A stretch of 64,000 nucleotides of DNA from Candidatus Methanomethylophilaceae archaeon (GCA_050950505.1 JBMNHS010000001.1:1056001-1120000); one strand, 5' to 3'. Shown: positions 19,672 through 30,058, counted from the first letter of the stretch. Program-made: numbers and translations. Notes: a model not told the origin generated them from the letters alone.

Positions 19672-20673
19672 TCAGTCCATTGCGGCGTTGATGGCCAGTT
19701 CGGACAGGTCCATGGCATATTCCACGATACGTCTAAGACTTCCCGCAATCGCGCCGGCGGCCATACTGGCGTTCTGATCCAGACTCGCGGACTGTCTTGA
19801 CAATGCTTCGGTTCTCTCGACAAGTTCTTCGCTTGAGTTTATGCAGACGTTGGCTTCAATCATATTACGGTTCAGAAGGTGGGTGATTGAAGAAGAAACC
19901 CTTTCGTTGGCTTCTCTGCCGATGGCGATGATTTCCTTGAGCGTCTCCTCGGTATTGGGTTCCCTGCTCAGGATATCGAGATTCTTTGCAATCTGCAGCG
20001 TGTGATCGCCGATACGTTCCAACGCGCGGCTCGCTATGCTGCTGCGGGTAATGTCTGAAAGGTCGGCACCGATTTTTCGGGCCAGAGAATATTCTTTTTG
20101 AAAAATGTTTACCTGACGGGAAATCAACCAATCGATACGGTCTATCTCCCGGTCTCTTTCGTGGAGACCTTCGAAAATGTTTTTCTTTCCGGCTTCGGCC
20201 CCGTCAAGAACGTCGGATAACATATTTTTGATAAGCACTCTCATTCTTTCAAGGGATTTGGACGGTCTCATTTCGCTTTGGTCGACCAAATCTTTTATGA
20301 GAATTCTGTTTTCGCTTTCATCCATAATCTCCAAACCGATGGCGGTCTGAGTGAATGCGGATGCGACCCCTGCCGCCAAACTGGAAATTTCTCCCGAGGA
20401 TCTGAGTTCTATCGCGTTATGTCCCGCTATGTATGAACCGACCAAAAGCCTGTACAGGAAGGATCTGTCGTGGATTTCATCGACATTGATTGTTTTCACA
20501 GTGCGTTCAGAAGATTTGCCGGTACCCTGAGGGTATATTATGATGCTGCCGTCGGGTTGTGGCTGTAAGCTGACGGAGTCGTTCTTTTTCAATCCTATGG
20601 AGTCGGCCCATTCTTTCGGAAGGGTCACCATATATGACGATCCTCCGGTGATTTGTATCCTTCTTACATCCAC
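19672..20673 (-). CDS. phoU: AbrB-PhoU phosphate uptake regulator
   Basis: RRIQITGGSSYMVTLPKEW, LERIGDH; divergent from pst. Confidence 0.92.
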   Translation of the reverse strand: MDVRRIQITGGSSYMVTLPKEWADSIGLKKNDSVSLQPQPDGSIIIYPQGTGKSSERTVKTINVDEIHDRSFLYRLLVGSYIAGHNAIELRSSGEISSLAAGVASAFTQTAIGLEIMDESENRILIKDLVDQSEMRPSKSLERMRVLIKNMLSDVLDGAEAGKKNIFEGLHERDREIDRIDWLISRQVNIFQKEYSLARKIGADLSDITRSSIASRALERIGDHTLQIAKNLDILSREPNTEETLKEIIAIGREANERVSSSITHLLNRNMIEANVCINSSEELVERTEALSRQSASLDQNASMAAGAIAGSLRRIVEYAMDLSELAINAAMD

Positions 20674-20703
20674 ATTTCTCGGATTATTTAAGAGGATTTA
20701 AGC

Positions 20704-20883
20704 TTATCTATATTGATATGTATATTTTCATTGAAAATATATAGATTTTAGATATTACTTTGATTGTACAAACTGTTTTTTACTGCTGGTGATTACCTGT
20801 TACAGTAGTTGATGTGCATTTGACGAAGACGAAAACATTCAAAATGCTTAAAAAAACCCTTTTTGATATATTATCTATATTGA
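20704..20883. promoter_or_regulatory. Candidate Pho-regulon operator repeats
   Basis: TTATCTATATTGA at 20704 and 20871; perfect IR TATATTTTCA-T-TGAAAATATA 20721-20741. Confidence 0.5.
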
Positions 20884-20986
20884 CTATATAGAATATAAAA
20901 GAGATATATTGCTACGGAGTAGGATATAGAGTAATTCGATGAGGTATATATGCACTCCAAGAATACTCATATCTAAGGTGTAAATC

Positions 20987-21853
20987 TTGGAAAGCAAAAC
21001 TATGGTCTGGGTTGTCTTCGCTTTGGTCATGAGCGTTGGCGCAGGATCTACGGTATGGGGAGAAAACCTCTCGGATGTCGAGAACGTCATTATTTCTGTT
21101 GACGGGGTGGAACCCACCGTTGAAAACATATCTAGCGGATCCTATGCATTGGACAGGGATCTCATTCTTGTAAACAAGGGAGAACTTTCTGCCCCCGCAT
21201 CTGATTTCCTTAACTGGATTCTCAGCGAAGACGGTCAGTCCGTCGTTGCCGACAGCGGTTTCGTACCGATAGAAGCCGAAGAAAGGGTGATATCTGCAAC
21301 TTCCGGCACCGTTAACGTCGCGGGCTCCACCACTGTGCTGCCTTTGATGGTAAAATTGGTGGAAGTGTATGAGAAATCCACCAATATAACCGTAAATGTG
21401 ATGGGCGGTGGTTCCGGTAAAGGAATCAACGACGTAAAATGTGATAACGCGGATCTAGGTATGCTTTCCAGAGATCTTAACTCCGATGACCCTTCTTTGA
21501 ACGTTACTAAAATTGCCGGCGACGGTGTTGTTATTCTTGTTGACAAATCTTCCGGCATAACGAATCTTTCAATTGAACAGATTGCCAGAATTTTCAACGG
21601 CGAAATCACCAACTGGGCCGATGTCGGCGGCAACGATCTGAGAATATCCCCCATAGTCAGGGAAACCATATCGGGCACCCGCAGCACGCTGGACAACGCG
21701 ATATCCGAAGAACTCGGCATATCCCTCAAAAATGTAATCATGAACCTCAACTGCTACCCATCCACAAACTCCACCGGTGCGATGCTTTCCAACATCGGTT
21801 CCAGCATAGGGGCGATAGGTTACATCAACATGTATGCGGCCAACAACCTCTGA
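20987..21853 (+). CDS. pstS: Phosphate ABC substrate-binding protein, circularly permuted
   Basis: Signal helix; AGSTTV, GGGSGKGI, ITNWADVGG, RETISGTR, IGYI; canonical C-terminal segment placed first. Confidence 0.9.
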   Translation: MESKTMVWVVFALVMSVGAGSTVWGENLSDVENVIISVDGVEPTVENISSGSYALDRDLILVNKGELSAPASDFLNWILSEDGQSVVADSGFVPIEAEERVISATSGTVNVAGSTTVLPLMVKLVEVYEKSTNITVNVMGGGSGKGINDVKCDNADLGMLSRDLNSDDPSLNVTKIAGDGVVILVDKSSGITNLSIEQIARIFNGEITNWADVGGNDLRISPIVRETISGTRSTLDNAISEELGISLKNVIMNLNCYPSTNSTGAMLSNIGSSIGAIGYINMYAANNL

Positions 21854-21946
21854 TTCATTTCACTGAGTTCCAATCCGTTCCGACGGTTGAATCGGAACGG
21901 TCGCAAATAATTTTTCAATTTCAAACCGTAGGACAGAGGGTACGCT

Positions 21947-24028
21947 ATGGAGTCTGATGAGAGTTTATGCAGATTTGACGATGAGGAATCCCGAAGTCCC
22001 TGTCGTAAAAATCAGGATATAAACAAAAAGAAAAGATTTCGCAGAATCAATCCTGACCTGATGCCGCGATTGGTCCTGACGGCTCTGGCGGTAATTGCAG
22101 CGCTCATAATATTTTTCATAATATTTTACATCATCAAAGAAAGCATCCCGGCCTTCAGGGAAATAGGCGTATGGAACATACTTTTCGGTGATGACTGGTA
22201 TTTCAATTCAAACTATCCTGCGGATCCCGACCCGGGAATGTTCGGTGCCAAACCCCTGATAGCGGGAACCATACTGGTCACCGTCGGTTCGATACTCATT
22301 GCCGTTCCCGCCGGAGTCGGTGCCGCGATATATATCTCGGAAATTGCCGGGGAAAAGATGAGAAATGTTCTGAAACCCGTGATTGAAATTTTTGCCGGAA
22401 TTCCCAGTGTCGTCTACGGATTTTTCGGAATGATCGTTCTCGGGCCTATGTTTGTGAGATTTTTTCCGGAACAGTTCCAATACCCCACGTCCTGGTTCCT
22501 GGGCTCTTTGATTTTGGGAATCATGGCTTTGCCCACGGTCATATCGGTAACCGAAGACGCATTGCGCGCGGTCCCCCGTTCATACCGTCATGCTTCCGTC
22601 GCCATGGGTGCGACGGATTGGGAAACAATCAGAAAAGTCGTCCTTCCTTCCGCATCTTCAGGAATAATCGCCGCATCCATACTGGGCATAGGAAGAGCAA
22701 TGGGTGAGACAATGGCCGTCGTCATGGTAACCGGATCCTCTGCGACGATCCCCGAACCGATTTACAACATATTTTCCAACATCACCACGCTTACCGCGGC
22801 TATAGTCAACCATATGCCTGAAGCGGATCCGGGCGGGATTCAGTATTCTGCGCTGTTCGCTTTGGCATTGATACTGCTGGCTTCGATACTTATAGTGAAT
22901 CTTATCGCCAATGCCGTGGGAAAAGGCGCAAGAAGAAAGATGGGAATCGGAAAACCCTCCGGAAAATTCAAAGGATTGTCAGGATTCAAAGAAAGGGTTC
23001 TCGACACTAAAATCGTGAACGCCGTCAAAACAAGAAAGGACCGAATCACTTCTTTGTTCTGGTTCGCAATGATATTCACCTTTGTCACATTGATGTCCAC
23101 ACTGTTTGTTTCGGACGTTCTGTCGGTTATATTGGGAACCGTCGCGACCATGTCTTTCATCGTTACATATTTGCTGCTGGAACACATGAATTCCGCAGAC
23201 CGGCAATATCTTGCTTACGGCGGCCTGAAATTTCTGATGGTCATGATCTTTGTGATACTGGGAGTAATCATAGGGGACATAATCATCAAAGGGCTGCCTG
23301 CGTTGTCCTTTGAATTTATATTTTCGGCACCTGCCGACAACGGGGAATCCGGAGGCATATGGCCTGCGATAGTGGGTACCGTCCAACTTGTGGGATTGTC
23401 CTCTCTGATAGCTTTCCCGGTCGGAATAGGTGCGGGAATTTATTTGGCGCTGTATTCGAAAGAAGGCCGATTCACGGATGTGGTCAGACAGGCGGTGGAT
23501 GCTTTGAACGGCACGCCGTCCATAGTTTTCGGATTGTTCGGAATGTCCGTTTTCGTATTAATGTTCGGATGGGGGCCGTCACTCATAGCCGGAGCTTTCA
23601 CTTTGGCGCTGATGGTACTGCCTGTGATAATAAAAACCACGGAAGAATCGGTAAGAGCCGTCCCGACGAATCTCATGCTTGCTTCAATGGCAATGGGTTC
23701 CAGCAAATGGCAGGCCATTTACAAAGTGGTTCTTCCCGCCGCGTTGAGCGGAATCATTACGGGACTGGTTCTCAGTCTGGGCCGTACCGCGGGTGAAACC
23801 GCTCCGATTATGTTCACGGCCACGGTAGCATTCAGTTCCGCGACCTCGTTTTCATTGTTTGAACCTGTGATGTCTTTATCCTATCACCTGTATTATCTGG
23901 CGATGGAAGTGCCGCAGGCGATGACCAACACATACGGAACCGCCTTGGTTTTAATGGGAATGGTTCTGTCCATGTTCCTGTTGGCATCACTGGTGAGATA
24001 TCATTTTTCAAAACACAACAGATGGTGA
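21947..24028 (+). CDS. pstA: Fused phosphate ABC permease PstC-PstA
   Basis: Two permease domains (GIPSVVYG..GRAMGET; GTPSIVFG..GRTAGETAP). Confidence 0.92.
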   Translation: MESDESLCRFDDEESRSPCRKNQDINKKKRFRRINPDLMPRLVLTALAVIAALIIFFIIFYIIKESIPAFREIGVWNILFGDDWYFNSNYPADPDPGMFGAKPLIAGTILVTVGSILIAVPAGVGAAIYISEIAGEKMRNVLKPVIEIFAGIPSVVYGFFGMIVLGPMFVRFFPEQFQYPTSWFLGSLILGIMALPTVISVTEDALRAVPRSYRHASVAMGATDWETIRKVVLPSASSGIIAASILGIGRAMGETMAVVMVTGSSATIPEPIYNIFSNITTLTAAIVNHMPEADPGGIQYSALFALALILLASILIVNLIANAVGKGARRKMGIGKPSGKFKGLSGFKERVLDTKIVNAVKTRKDRITSLFWFAMIFTFVTLMSTLFVSDVLSVILGTVATMSFIVTYLLLEHMNSADRQYLAYGGLKFLMVMIFVILGVIIGDIIIKGLPALSFEFIFSAPADNGESGGIWPAIVGTVQLVGLSSLIAFPVGIGAGIYLALYSKEGRFTDVVRQAVDALNGTPSIVFGLFGMSVFVLMFGWGPSLIAGAFTLALMVLPVIIKTTEESVRAVPTNLMLASMAMGSSKWQAIYKVVLPAALSGIITGLVLSLGRTAGETAPIMFTATVAFSSATSFSLFEPVMSLSYHLYYLAMEVPQAMTNTYGTALVLMGMVLSMFLLASLVRYHFSKHNRW

Positions 24029-24035
24029 TTATAAA

Positions 24036-24800
24036 ATGGGAAACAAAGATTTGGCGATCAACGTGAAAAATCTGAGCCTTTGGTACGGGGAAAAACAGGC
24101 TCTGTTCAACATCAACATGCCGATTGCCAAGAATAAAATAACTGCGTTGATCGGACCCTCCGGATGCGGAAAGTCCACTCTTTTGAAAACAATGAACCGG
24201 ATGAACGATTTGATCGATGGAACGAGGGTCGAGGGCGCCGTCGAATATCACGGCAAAAACATCTACGATCCGGACGTGGATATTTTGGAAGTCCGATCCA
24301 ACATAGGCATGATATTCCAAAGTCCGAATCCGTTTCCCATGACCATACGGGACAACATCACCTACGGCCCCAAGATACACGGAATAAAGAACCGGACGGA
24401 ATTGGACCATATCGTTGAAGATTCATTGAAAAAGGCCGCGCTGTGGAATGATGTCAAAGAGAGATTGGATTCCTACGCAATGGACATGTCCGGCGGACAG
24501 CAGCAGAGACTCTGCATCGCACGCGCTCTGTCCATCAACCCCGACGTTCTGCTCATGGACGAACCCACATCCGCTCTGGATCCCATCGCCACCAAAAAGA
24601 TAGAAGAACTGGCGGTGGAGCTGGCTGAAGATTATACCGTTGTCATGGTCACTCACAATATGCAACAGGCCATGCGCATCGCCGATTACACCGGATTCAT
24701 GTACATGGGGAAACTGGAAGAATTCGGAGAGACCGATCGGATATTCAATGAGCCCAAGAACAATCTCACAAAGGAATATGTGACCGGTGCCTTCAGCTGA
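24036..24800 (+). CDS. pstB: Phosphate ABC ATPase
   Basis: GPSGCGKST, MSGGQQQRLCIAR, DEPTSALDP, VTHNMQQA. Confidence 0.96.
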   Translation: MGNKDLAINVKNLSLWYGEKQALFNINMPIAKNKITALIGPSGCGKSTLLKTMNRMNDLIDGTRVEGAVEYHGKNIYDPDVDILEVRSNIGMIFQSPNPFPMTIRDNITYGPKIHGIKNRTELDHIVEDSLKKAALWNDVKERLDSYAMDMSGGQQQRLCIARALSINPDVLLMDEPTSALDPIATKKIEELAVELAEDYTVVMVTHNMQQAMRIADYTGFMYMGKLEEFGETDRIFNEPKNNLTKEYVTGAFS

Positions 24801-24832
24801 ATATCTTTGAAGGCAACCGATCGCATTGATTT

Positions 24833-25390
24833 TCAATCGGTGAACACGGCACTCGTCGTATACAGAAGATATGTCACGCCCAATCCGATTACGGTGAATA
24901 TGATACCGTCTATGGACATAGTGAACAACAACACGAGAGATCCGGCGGCACACAGTATCACGGCAACCCTGTGATATCTCTTCATTATGCTTAACACAAG
25001 ACTTCCCAGAATAACAAGGACGGAAATCAGGAAAAGGGTGCCGATGAGCTCCATGGAGCCTACCAAAGCCAGCAAATCGTTGTAATAGTTCTCTCCGAGA
25101 ATCTCTATGTAGGTCGGGTCGTCAGAGGGCAGGGATTCAACGAACTGTTCGAAATACATTCCTGTGATTGCAATGATTATTCCGATAATCATATATCCCG
25201 CCATCAGGAAGTAAATCATTTTGAGCCTGCTTCCGGCCTTTGCAACGGCATATCCTTCCTGATATCTTTCAAAGGTGACGGGGACGTAATCCGAACCCCC
25301 CACCGGAGAGCCGCATTCCTGACAAAAAGTAGAATCCGGGGGCAAAAGAGCTCCGCAACTGGTACAGAACGCTTTGTTGTCTTCAGTCAT
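24833..25390 (-). CDS. Zinc-ribbon membrane protein
   Basis: FCTSCG..FCQECG plus 4 hydrophobic segments. Confidence 0.75.
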   Translation of the reverse strand: MTEDNKAFCTSCGALLPPDSTFCQECGSPVGGSDYVPVTFERYQEGYAVAKAGSRLKMIYFLMAGYMIIGIIIAITGMYFEQFVESLPSDDPTYIEILGENYYNDLLALVGSMELIGTLFLISVLVILGSLVLSIMKRYHRVAVILCAAGSLVLLFTMSIDGIIFTVIGLGVTYLLYTTSAVFTD

Positions 25391-25476
25391 GAACGTAAGA
25401 GGGAGCAATATGATTAATAATTTCCCGAAAGAAGTCCATACAAACAGTTAATATACATCCATGCGATGGTCGGTAT

Positions 25477-25562
25477 CACGGAGTTCATCTGTTCATACGG
25501 GTGCCGTGGCGGATATTACGTCCGCAGTCCGTACGGGGGCCGTCGGTCGAACGTGCGGAATT
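25477..25562 (+). ncRNA. Candidate three-hairpin small RNA
   Basis: TTAATATA at 25448, three stems, T-run at 25576. Confidence 0.3.
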
Positions 25563-25654
25563 GAGGTGTTTGCTATTTTTGTAGCAATGCTTTTATATAA
25601 TATTACACTACCAGTGCTATTATCTGAGCGATCGGATACTATAGAGGTACAAGC

Positions 25655-26083
25655 ATGGTAACTGTCTATGACGTCCCTGCCGAAAAACTCATACTGAAAG
25701 CGGCTGAAAAGCTCAAGGGGAATGACAAAATATCCCCTCCCGAGTGGGCCGAGTATGTTAGAACCGGCAGGCATACTGAGAAAGCTCCCGTACAGGAAGA
25801 TTGGTGGTTCACAAGATCCGCATCCATCCTAAGGAAGCTATACATCAAAGGGCCTATGGGAACCTCCCGTCTTGCCGCCGAATACGGCGGATACGCCGAC
25901 AGGGGTTCAAAACCTAACAGGGCCGTGAAAGGAAGCCGCAACATTGTGAGAAAATGCATGATTCAGCTCGAGGCCGCAGGCCTGCTGATATCCGTTGAGA
26001 AAAAGGGGAGGACGATTTCCCCCGCCGGACAATCCCTTCTCGATAATGCGGCAAAAGAGGTCTACGACGAACTGAACGCATGA
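25655..26083 (+). CDS. rps19e: 30S ribosomal protein S19e
   Basis: MVTVYDVPA, PEWA, DWWFTRSASILRKLY, QLEAAG. Confidence 0.97.
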   Translation: MVTVYDVPAEKLILKAAEKLKGNDKISPPEWAEYVRTGRHTEKAPVQEDWWFTRSASILRKLYIKGPMGTSRLAAEYGGYADRGSKPNRAVKGSRNIVRKCMIQLEAAGLLISVEKKGRTISPAGQSLLDNAAKEVYDELNA

Positions 26084-26098
26084 GGAGATGAGCATAAT

Positions 26099-26449
26099 AT
26101 GGATGATCCTGAACTTGAGGCATTGAGACAGAGGAGAATGGCTGAGCTGCAACAGCAGCAGGCCAGCGCACAGCAGCAGCAATTCGCCCAACAGCAGGCG
26201 GAAGAGCAGATGGAACGTGCCGAAGCCCAGAGACAGGCAATTCTCAGACAGATACTCGCCCCGGAAGCCCGCGACAGACTTGCCAATGTAAAACTTGCGG
26301 ATCCCGCTCACGCAGAATCCATCGAGATGCAGTTGATACAGCTCGCACAGTCCGGAAGGTTGCAGAAGGTCATCACAGACGATATGCTCAGAGAACTTCT
26401 CATGAAAGTAGCACCTAAAAGAAGAGAAATCAATATCGAGAGGAGATAA
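26099..26449 (+). CDS. PDCD5-like DNA-binding protein
   Basis: [23 protein letters not shown], conserved position after rps19e. Confidence 0.92.
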   Translation: MDDPELEALRQRRMAELQQQQASAQQQQFAQQQAEEQMERAEAQRQAILRQILAPEARDRLANVKLADPAHAESIEMQLIQLAQSGRLQKVITDDMLRELLMKVAPKRREINIERR

Positions 26450-26451
26450 GA

Positions 26452-26607
26452 ATGTCAAGCACCAAACCGCCCGCAATGAAAGGCAGGCTCAACAAAAAGG
26501 TCAAACAGAACCGCCGTGTTCCGGCTTGGGTTATGATTAAGACCAACAGGCAATTCCTCCGCCACCCCAAGAGAAGGTCGTGGCGCATGGGTAAACTTAA
26601 GGAGTGA
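26452..26607 (+). CDS. rpl39e: 50S ribosomal protein L39e (below ORF-track cutoff)
   Basis: [51 protein letters not shown]. Confidence 0.96.
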   Translation: MSSTKPPAMKGRLNKKVKQNRRVPAWVMIKTNRQFLRHPKRRSWRMGKLKE

Positions 26608-26612
26608 TTCCG

Positions 26613-26876
26613 ATGGCTGACGATTTTGAGAGAACCATGGTAATTCCCCTCAGGGCAACGAAGAATGCACCTCGCACAAAGAGGGCAAACCGTGCCATAA
26701 AAGAAATCAGGGAATACATCATGAGGCACATGAAAGTTGAGGAAAAAAATGTCTGGATGGACAAAACCCTCAACGAAAAAATCTGGGAAAACGGCATTCG
26801 CAACCCACCGTCAAAGGTTACCGTGAAGGCAATCAAGTTTGACGACGGACTTGTTGAAGTAACCCTAGCTGAGTGA
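26613..26876 (+). CDS. rpl31e: 50S ribosomal protein L31e
   Basis: IPLR, KRANRAIKEIR, RHMK, LNEKIWENG, NPPSKV. Confidence 0.95.
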   Translation: MADDFERTMVIPLRATKNAPRTKRANRAIKEIREYIMRHMKVEEKNVWMDKTLNEKIWENGIRNPPSKVTVKAIKFDDGLVEVTLAE

Positions 26877-26884
26877 TAACCTTG

Positions 26885-27547
26885 ATGAGACTCTCCCGTT
26901 ACGGAGGAAATTGCAACATAGGCGTTTATGCCGCCGCCGGTGAGAGTCTGGCCATCATCGCCGGGGATGCCGAACCCAGTTTCGTAAGAGACTTGGAAAC
27001 GGTCCTCGGCGTGGAAACCGTTTTGACCACCGTCGCAGGCTCCTTTGTTGTGGGTTCATTGACGGCAATGAACTCGAACGGCATAGCGTTGTCCGGAATG
27101 GCCGAAGAAGACGAGATGAAACGCATCGGTGAATTCTTTGACAATGTTTACACCGTGCCCGGGCGCTACAATGCGGCAGGAAACAACATTCTCGTCAATG
27201 ACCGCGGAGCTTTGGTCAATCCCCTTTATTCGGACAATGCGGTGAAAACTTTCGAAGACATCTTCGGAGTTGAGTGCATCCGTGCGTCCGTCGCGGGATG
27301 CGATACCGTGGGATCCGTTTGTGTGGTCACCAACAAAGGATGTGTCTGTCACATCGACTCCACCGAAGAGGACCTGGAGATGCTGGAAGACATATTCAAG
27401 GTAAGACCCGTCAAAACCACCGTCAACCACGGAGTGGATTTCCTGTCTTCGGGGATAATAGCCAATTCCAAAGGCGCGCTGGTAGGCGACCAGACAATGC
27501 CTTTGGAAATGGGAAGGATAGAAGAAGGTCTCGACCTCTACGATTAA
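26885..27547 (+). CDS. eif6: Translation initiation factor aIF-6
   Basis: NIGVY, GNNILVNDRGALVNP, TVNHG, ANSKGALVG. Confidence 0.93.
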   Translation: MRLSRYGGNCNIGVYAAAGESLAIIAGDAEPSFVRDLETVLGVETVLTTVAGSFVVGSLTAMNSNGIALSGMAEEDEMKRIGEFFDNVYTVPGRYNAAGNNILVNDRGALVNPLYSDNAVKTFEDIFGVECIRASVAGCDTVGSVCVVTNKGCVCHIDSTEEDLEMLEDIFKVRPVKTTVNHGVDFLSSGIIANSKGALVGDQTMPLEMGRIEEGLDLYD

Positions 27548-28188
27548 CGGTCGAACACCCAACACTCGCTGTGTTCCGGCAGTTCTTCCGGAGACAGATC
27601 TATCTCGTTTCCCACATAGTCCACATTTTCGGCGGGAACCATCTGCAGGAAATCATCCAGAGGAAGTACGGCTATGCATAATCCGAAAACCCGATAGTGC
27701 ATGGGCACTATCACTTTCGGATCCACCAGATTTATGAATTCCCTCACTTCGGGGAGTTCCATTGTGTAATTTGCGCCCACCGGCACAAAGAGAATGTCTA
27801 TGTTGCGGATTTTATCAATCACTTTTTTATCGGGTATCGCACCCAGATCGCCGCAGTGACAGACGCTTATGCCGTCCATTTCAAAACGGTACATTGTGTT
27901 GACGCCGCGTTTCGCGCCCTGTTCCTCGTCGTGATAAGAAGGCAATCCTTCGATTTCAAAAGGACCGGATTTGAATTTACCCGTTCTCCCGACATATTCT
28001 TTGAAATCTCCGCAAATTACTCTGGATGCACTGTGATCGTAATGGTCGTGCGTCATAAGCACCACCGAAGCACCGGCGGGAGCCGGCGCCTTGATACCTA
28101 GGGATTTGCCGTCGTGGGGATCCAGAACTATGGTGCCGTCGTCGCATCCGAATTCAAAACAAGAATGACCATGCCATCTGATAAGCAT
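27544..28188 (-). CDS. MBL-fold metallo-hydrolase
   Basis: WHGHSCF, THDHYDH, HCGDLG, PMHY. Confidence 0.9.
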   Translation of the reverse strand: MLIRWHGHSCFEFGCDDGTIVLDPHDGKSLGIKAPAPAGASVVLMTHDHYDHSASRVICGDFKEYVGRTGKFKSGPFEIEGLPSYHDEEQGAKRGVNTMYRFEMDGISVCHCGDLGAIPDKKVIDKIRNIDILFVPVGANYTMELPEVREFINLVDPKVIVPMHYRVFGLCIAVLPLDDFLQMVPAENVDYVGNEIDLSPEELPEHSECWVFDR

Positions 28189-28272
28189 GACTGAACAATG
28201 TAGCATCCTTCGTATAATAATTTTCCATGACCTTATAGGAAAGTGTTTATCAATCATACACGATTCCACATT

Positions 28273-29406
28273 GTGAAAAAAACCCTGGTCCTTGTCGTCG
28301 ACAGGGATGACGATTTCGGCACCAAAGGCAATGTTGAAACCCCTGTCATCGGAGTTGAAGACTGTTCCGTGGCAGCCGCCGCTCTGGGAATCGCCGATCC
28401 GGAAGATTCCGATATAAATTCCGTTTATGCTGCCATCAATATTTACAAAGAGATGCTGAACGACGGTTATAACGTGGAAGTCGCAATTCTGTGCGGGGAC
28501 CGTAAAGTGGGTTATCGTTCCGATTCCGCAATCATAGAGGAATTGGAAGAAGTCATGAATGAAGTCAATCCGGACAGAATAATTCTTGTCGGAGACGGTG
28601 CGGAAGACGAATACGTTTATCCGATTATTTCTTCCCGCATTCCCATAGATTCCGTTAAGAAAGTCGTCGTCAAACAATCCCCCGGTCTGGAAGGGAACGT
28701 ATACATCATAACGAAGATGCTGGAAGATCCCGTGAAGAGGAAAAGATTCCTCACTCCCATTGGATGGATTCTGGTCCTGATGACGTCGGTCTTGATCGTG
28801 CCCACACTGTATTCCCAGGGGGTCAGCGCATCCACAATATCAAGAATATCCGGATCTCTGATGGCAATGATTATGGGATTGGCTTTGCTGATTTACGGAT
28901 ACAGTGCCATTACCAAAGTCACAAAGTGGCTGTCCAAATGGCTTTCCGGATTGAGATCGGGAAGTGTTCTGATTACATTCGCATTGATATCCATCTCTCT
29001 GATTTTTTCCGGGATTGTTTTGGGGGCCCTGACGGTTCAGAATTCGTATTCGCCGACCCCCTATCAAATGACATTGAGATTCGGAGCCGCGGCGATTTGG
29101 CCCATAATTTTCGGATTTCTGTTCTTCGCGCTGGGAAGTTTCATCAATGAATATCTTTCCAAAGGTTCAGTCAGACTCAGTTTCATAATCGGTTCAATAA
29201 ACATTCTGGCCGTAGGCATGGTAATCATGGGGGCATTCGATCTGATGATGACTTATGTAGACATCGGCCCGTCCAGCATAGCCTTGACCGTGGCAGAAAT
29301 TGTTTCGGGCATAGGACTTGCTCTGATTGCGACCCTGATCAGGAAATTTTTCAAATCGCGTACGCCCCCCTCCGATAAGGAGGCAGTCGAAGTTGAACTT
29401 CAGTGA
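28273..29406 (+). CDS. DUF373 family membrane protein
   Basis: VDRDDDFG, DPEDSDIN, DGAEDE, VVVKQS. Confidence 0.88.
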   Translation: MKKTLVLVVDRDDDFGTKGNVETPVIGVEDCSVAAAALGIADPEDSDINSVYAAINIYKEMLNDGYNVEVAILCGDRKVGYRSDSAIIEELEEVMNEVNPDRIILVGDGAEDEYVYPIISSRIPIDSVKKVVVKQSPGLEGNVYIITKMLEDPVKRKRFLTPIGWILVLMTSVLIVPTLYSQGVSASTISRISGSLMAMIMGLALLIYGYSAITKVTKWLSKWLSGLRSGSVLITFALISISLIFSGIVLGALTVQNSYSPTPYQMTLRFGAAAIWPIIFGFLFFALGSFINEYLSKGSVRLSFIIGSINILAVGMVIMGAFDLMMTYVDIGPSSIALTVAEIVSGIGLALIATLIRKFFKSRTPPSDKEAVEVELQ

Positions 29407-30058
29407 ATGGGAACCGATTTATTCCGAAATCATTTCAGACTTGAATCTGAGCCGTACGGATGACGAAAACTCCGCAAGAATGCTGAAAGCCCTTACTTTG
29501 AATTCCAATCTTGTTTCAGGGGATGCCGTCCGTGACGTGATGATGCCCGTGGCAACCGTGTTCGGAGACGCGTATTCCCTGGAAGATGACGTTAAATCCC
29601 TGCCCCCCGAAGGCACTTTGATTTCAGCAGGGTCCGCAACCGAAAGACTGGTCGAAATGAATATTTTGCCGGACCTTGTCGTGACGGACCTTGACGGAAA
29701 CATCGAAAGTCAGATCGAAGCTTCAAAATCCGGTTCAATCACTGTTGTGTTGGCCCACGGGGACAATACCGATCTGATTGCCGAACACATCAAGTCTTTC
29801 AAAGGCCCTCTTTTGCTTACAACCCAAAGCAATCCGACGGGAATCGTTGAAAATTACGGCGGATTCACCGACGGGGATCGCGCGGTATGCATTGCCAGAC
29901 ATTTTGGGGCAAAAAGGATACTGCTGGAAGGTTTTGATTTCGAAAAACCTCATTTGCGCGCAGGTAACGATGAAGAAACCTCCCTGAAAAAATTAAAATG
30001 GGCCAAAGAGATAATATTCGGAACAAATCCTTCCGATGTGGAAATAATCCGTCCATGA
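29393..30058 (+). CDS. mptE: 6-hydroxymethyl-7,8-dihydropterin pyrophosphokinase (MptE-like)
   Basis: VTDLDG, AHGDN, GGFTDGDRA, GFDF, KKLKWA. Confidence 0.85.
   Translation: MNFSEWEPIYSEIISDLNLSRTDDENSARMLKALTLNSNLVSGDAVRDVMMPVATVFGDAYSLEDDVKSLPPEGTLISAGSATERLVEMNILPDLVVTDLDGNIESQIEASKSGSITVVLAHGDNTDLIAEHIKSFKGPLLLTTQSNPTGIVENYGGFTDGDRAVCIARHFGAKRILLEGFDFEKPHLRAGNDEETSLKKLKWAKEIIFGTNPSDVEIIRP

Noticed and set aside
25477-25562. tRNA-Pyl or other tRNA
   Set aside because: No CTA anticodon loop, acceptor stem or T-arm
26145-26215. CAG repeats
   Set aside because: Poly-Gln coding tract typical of PDCD5 homologs
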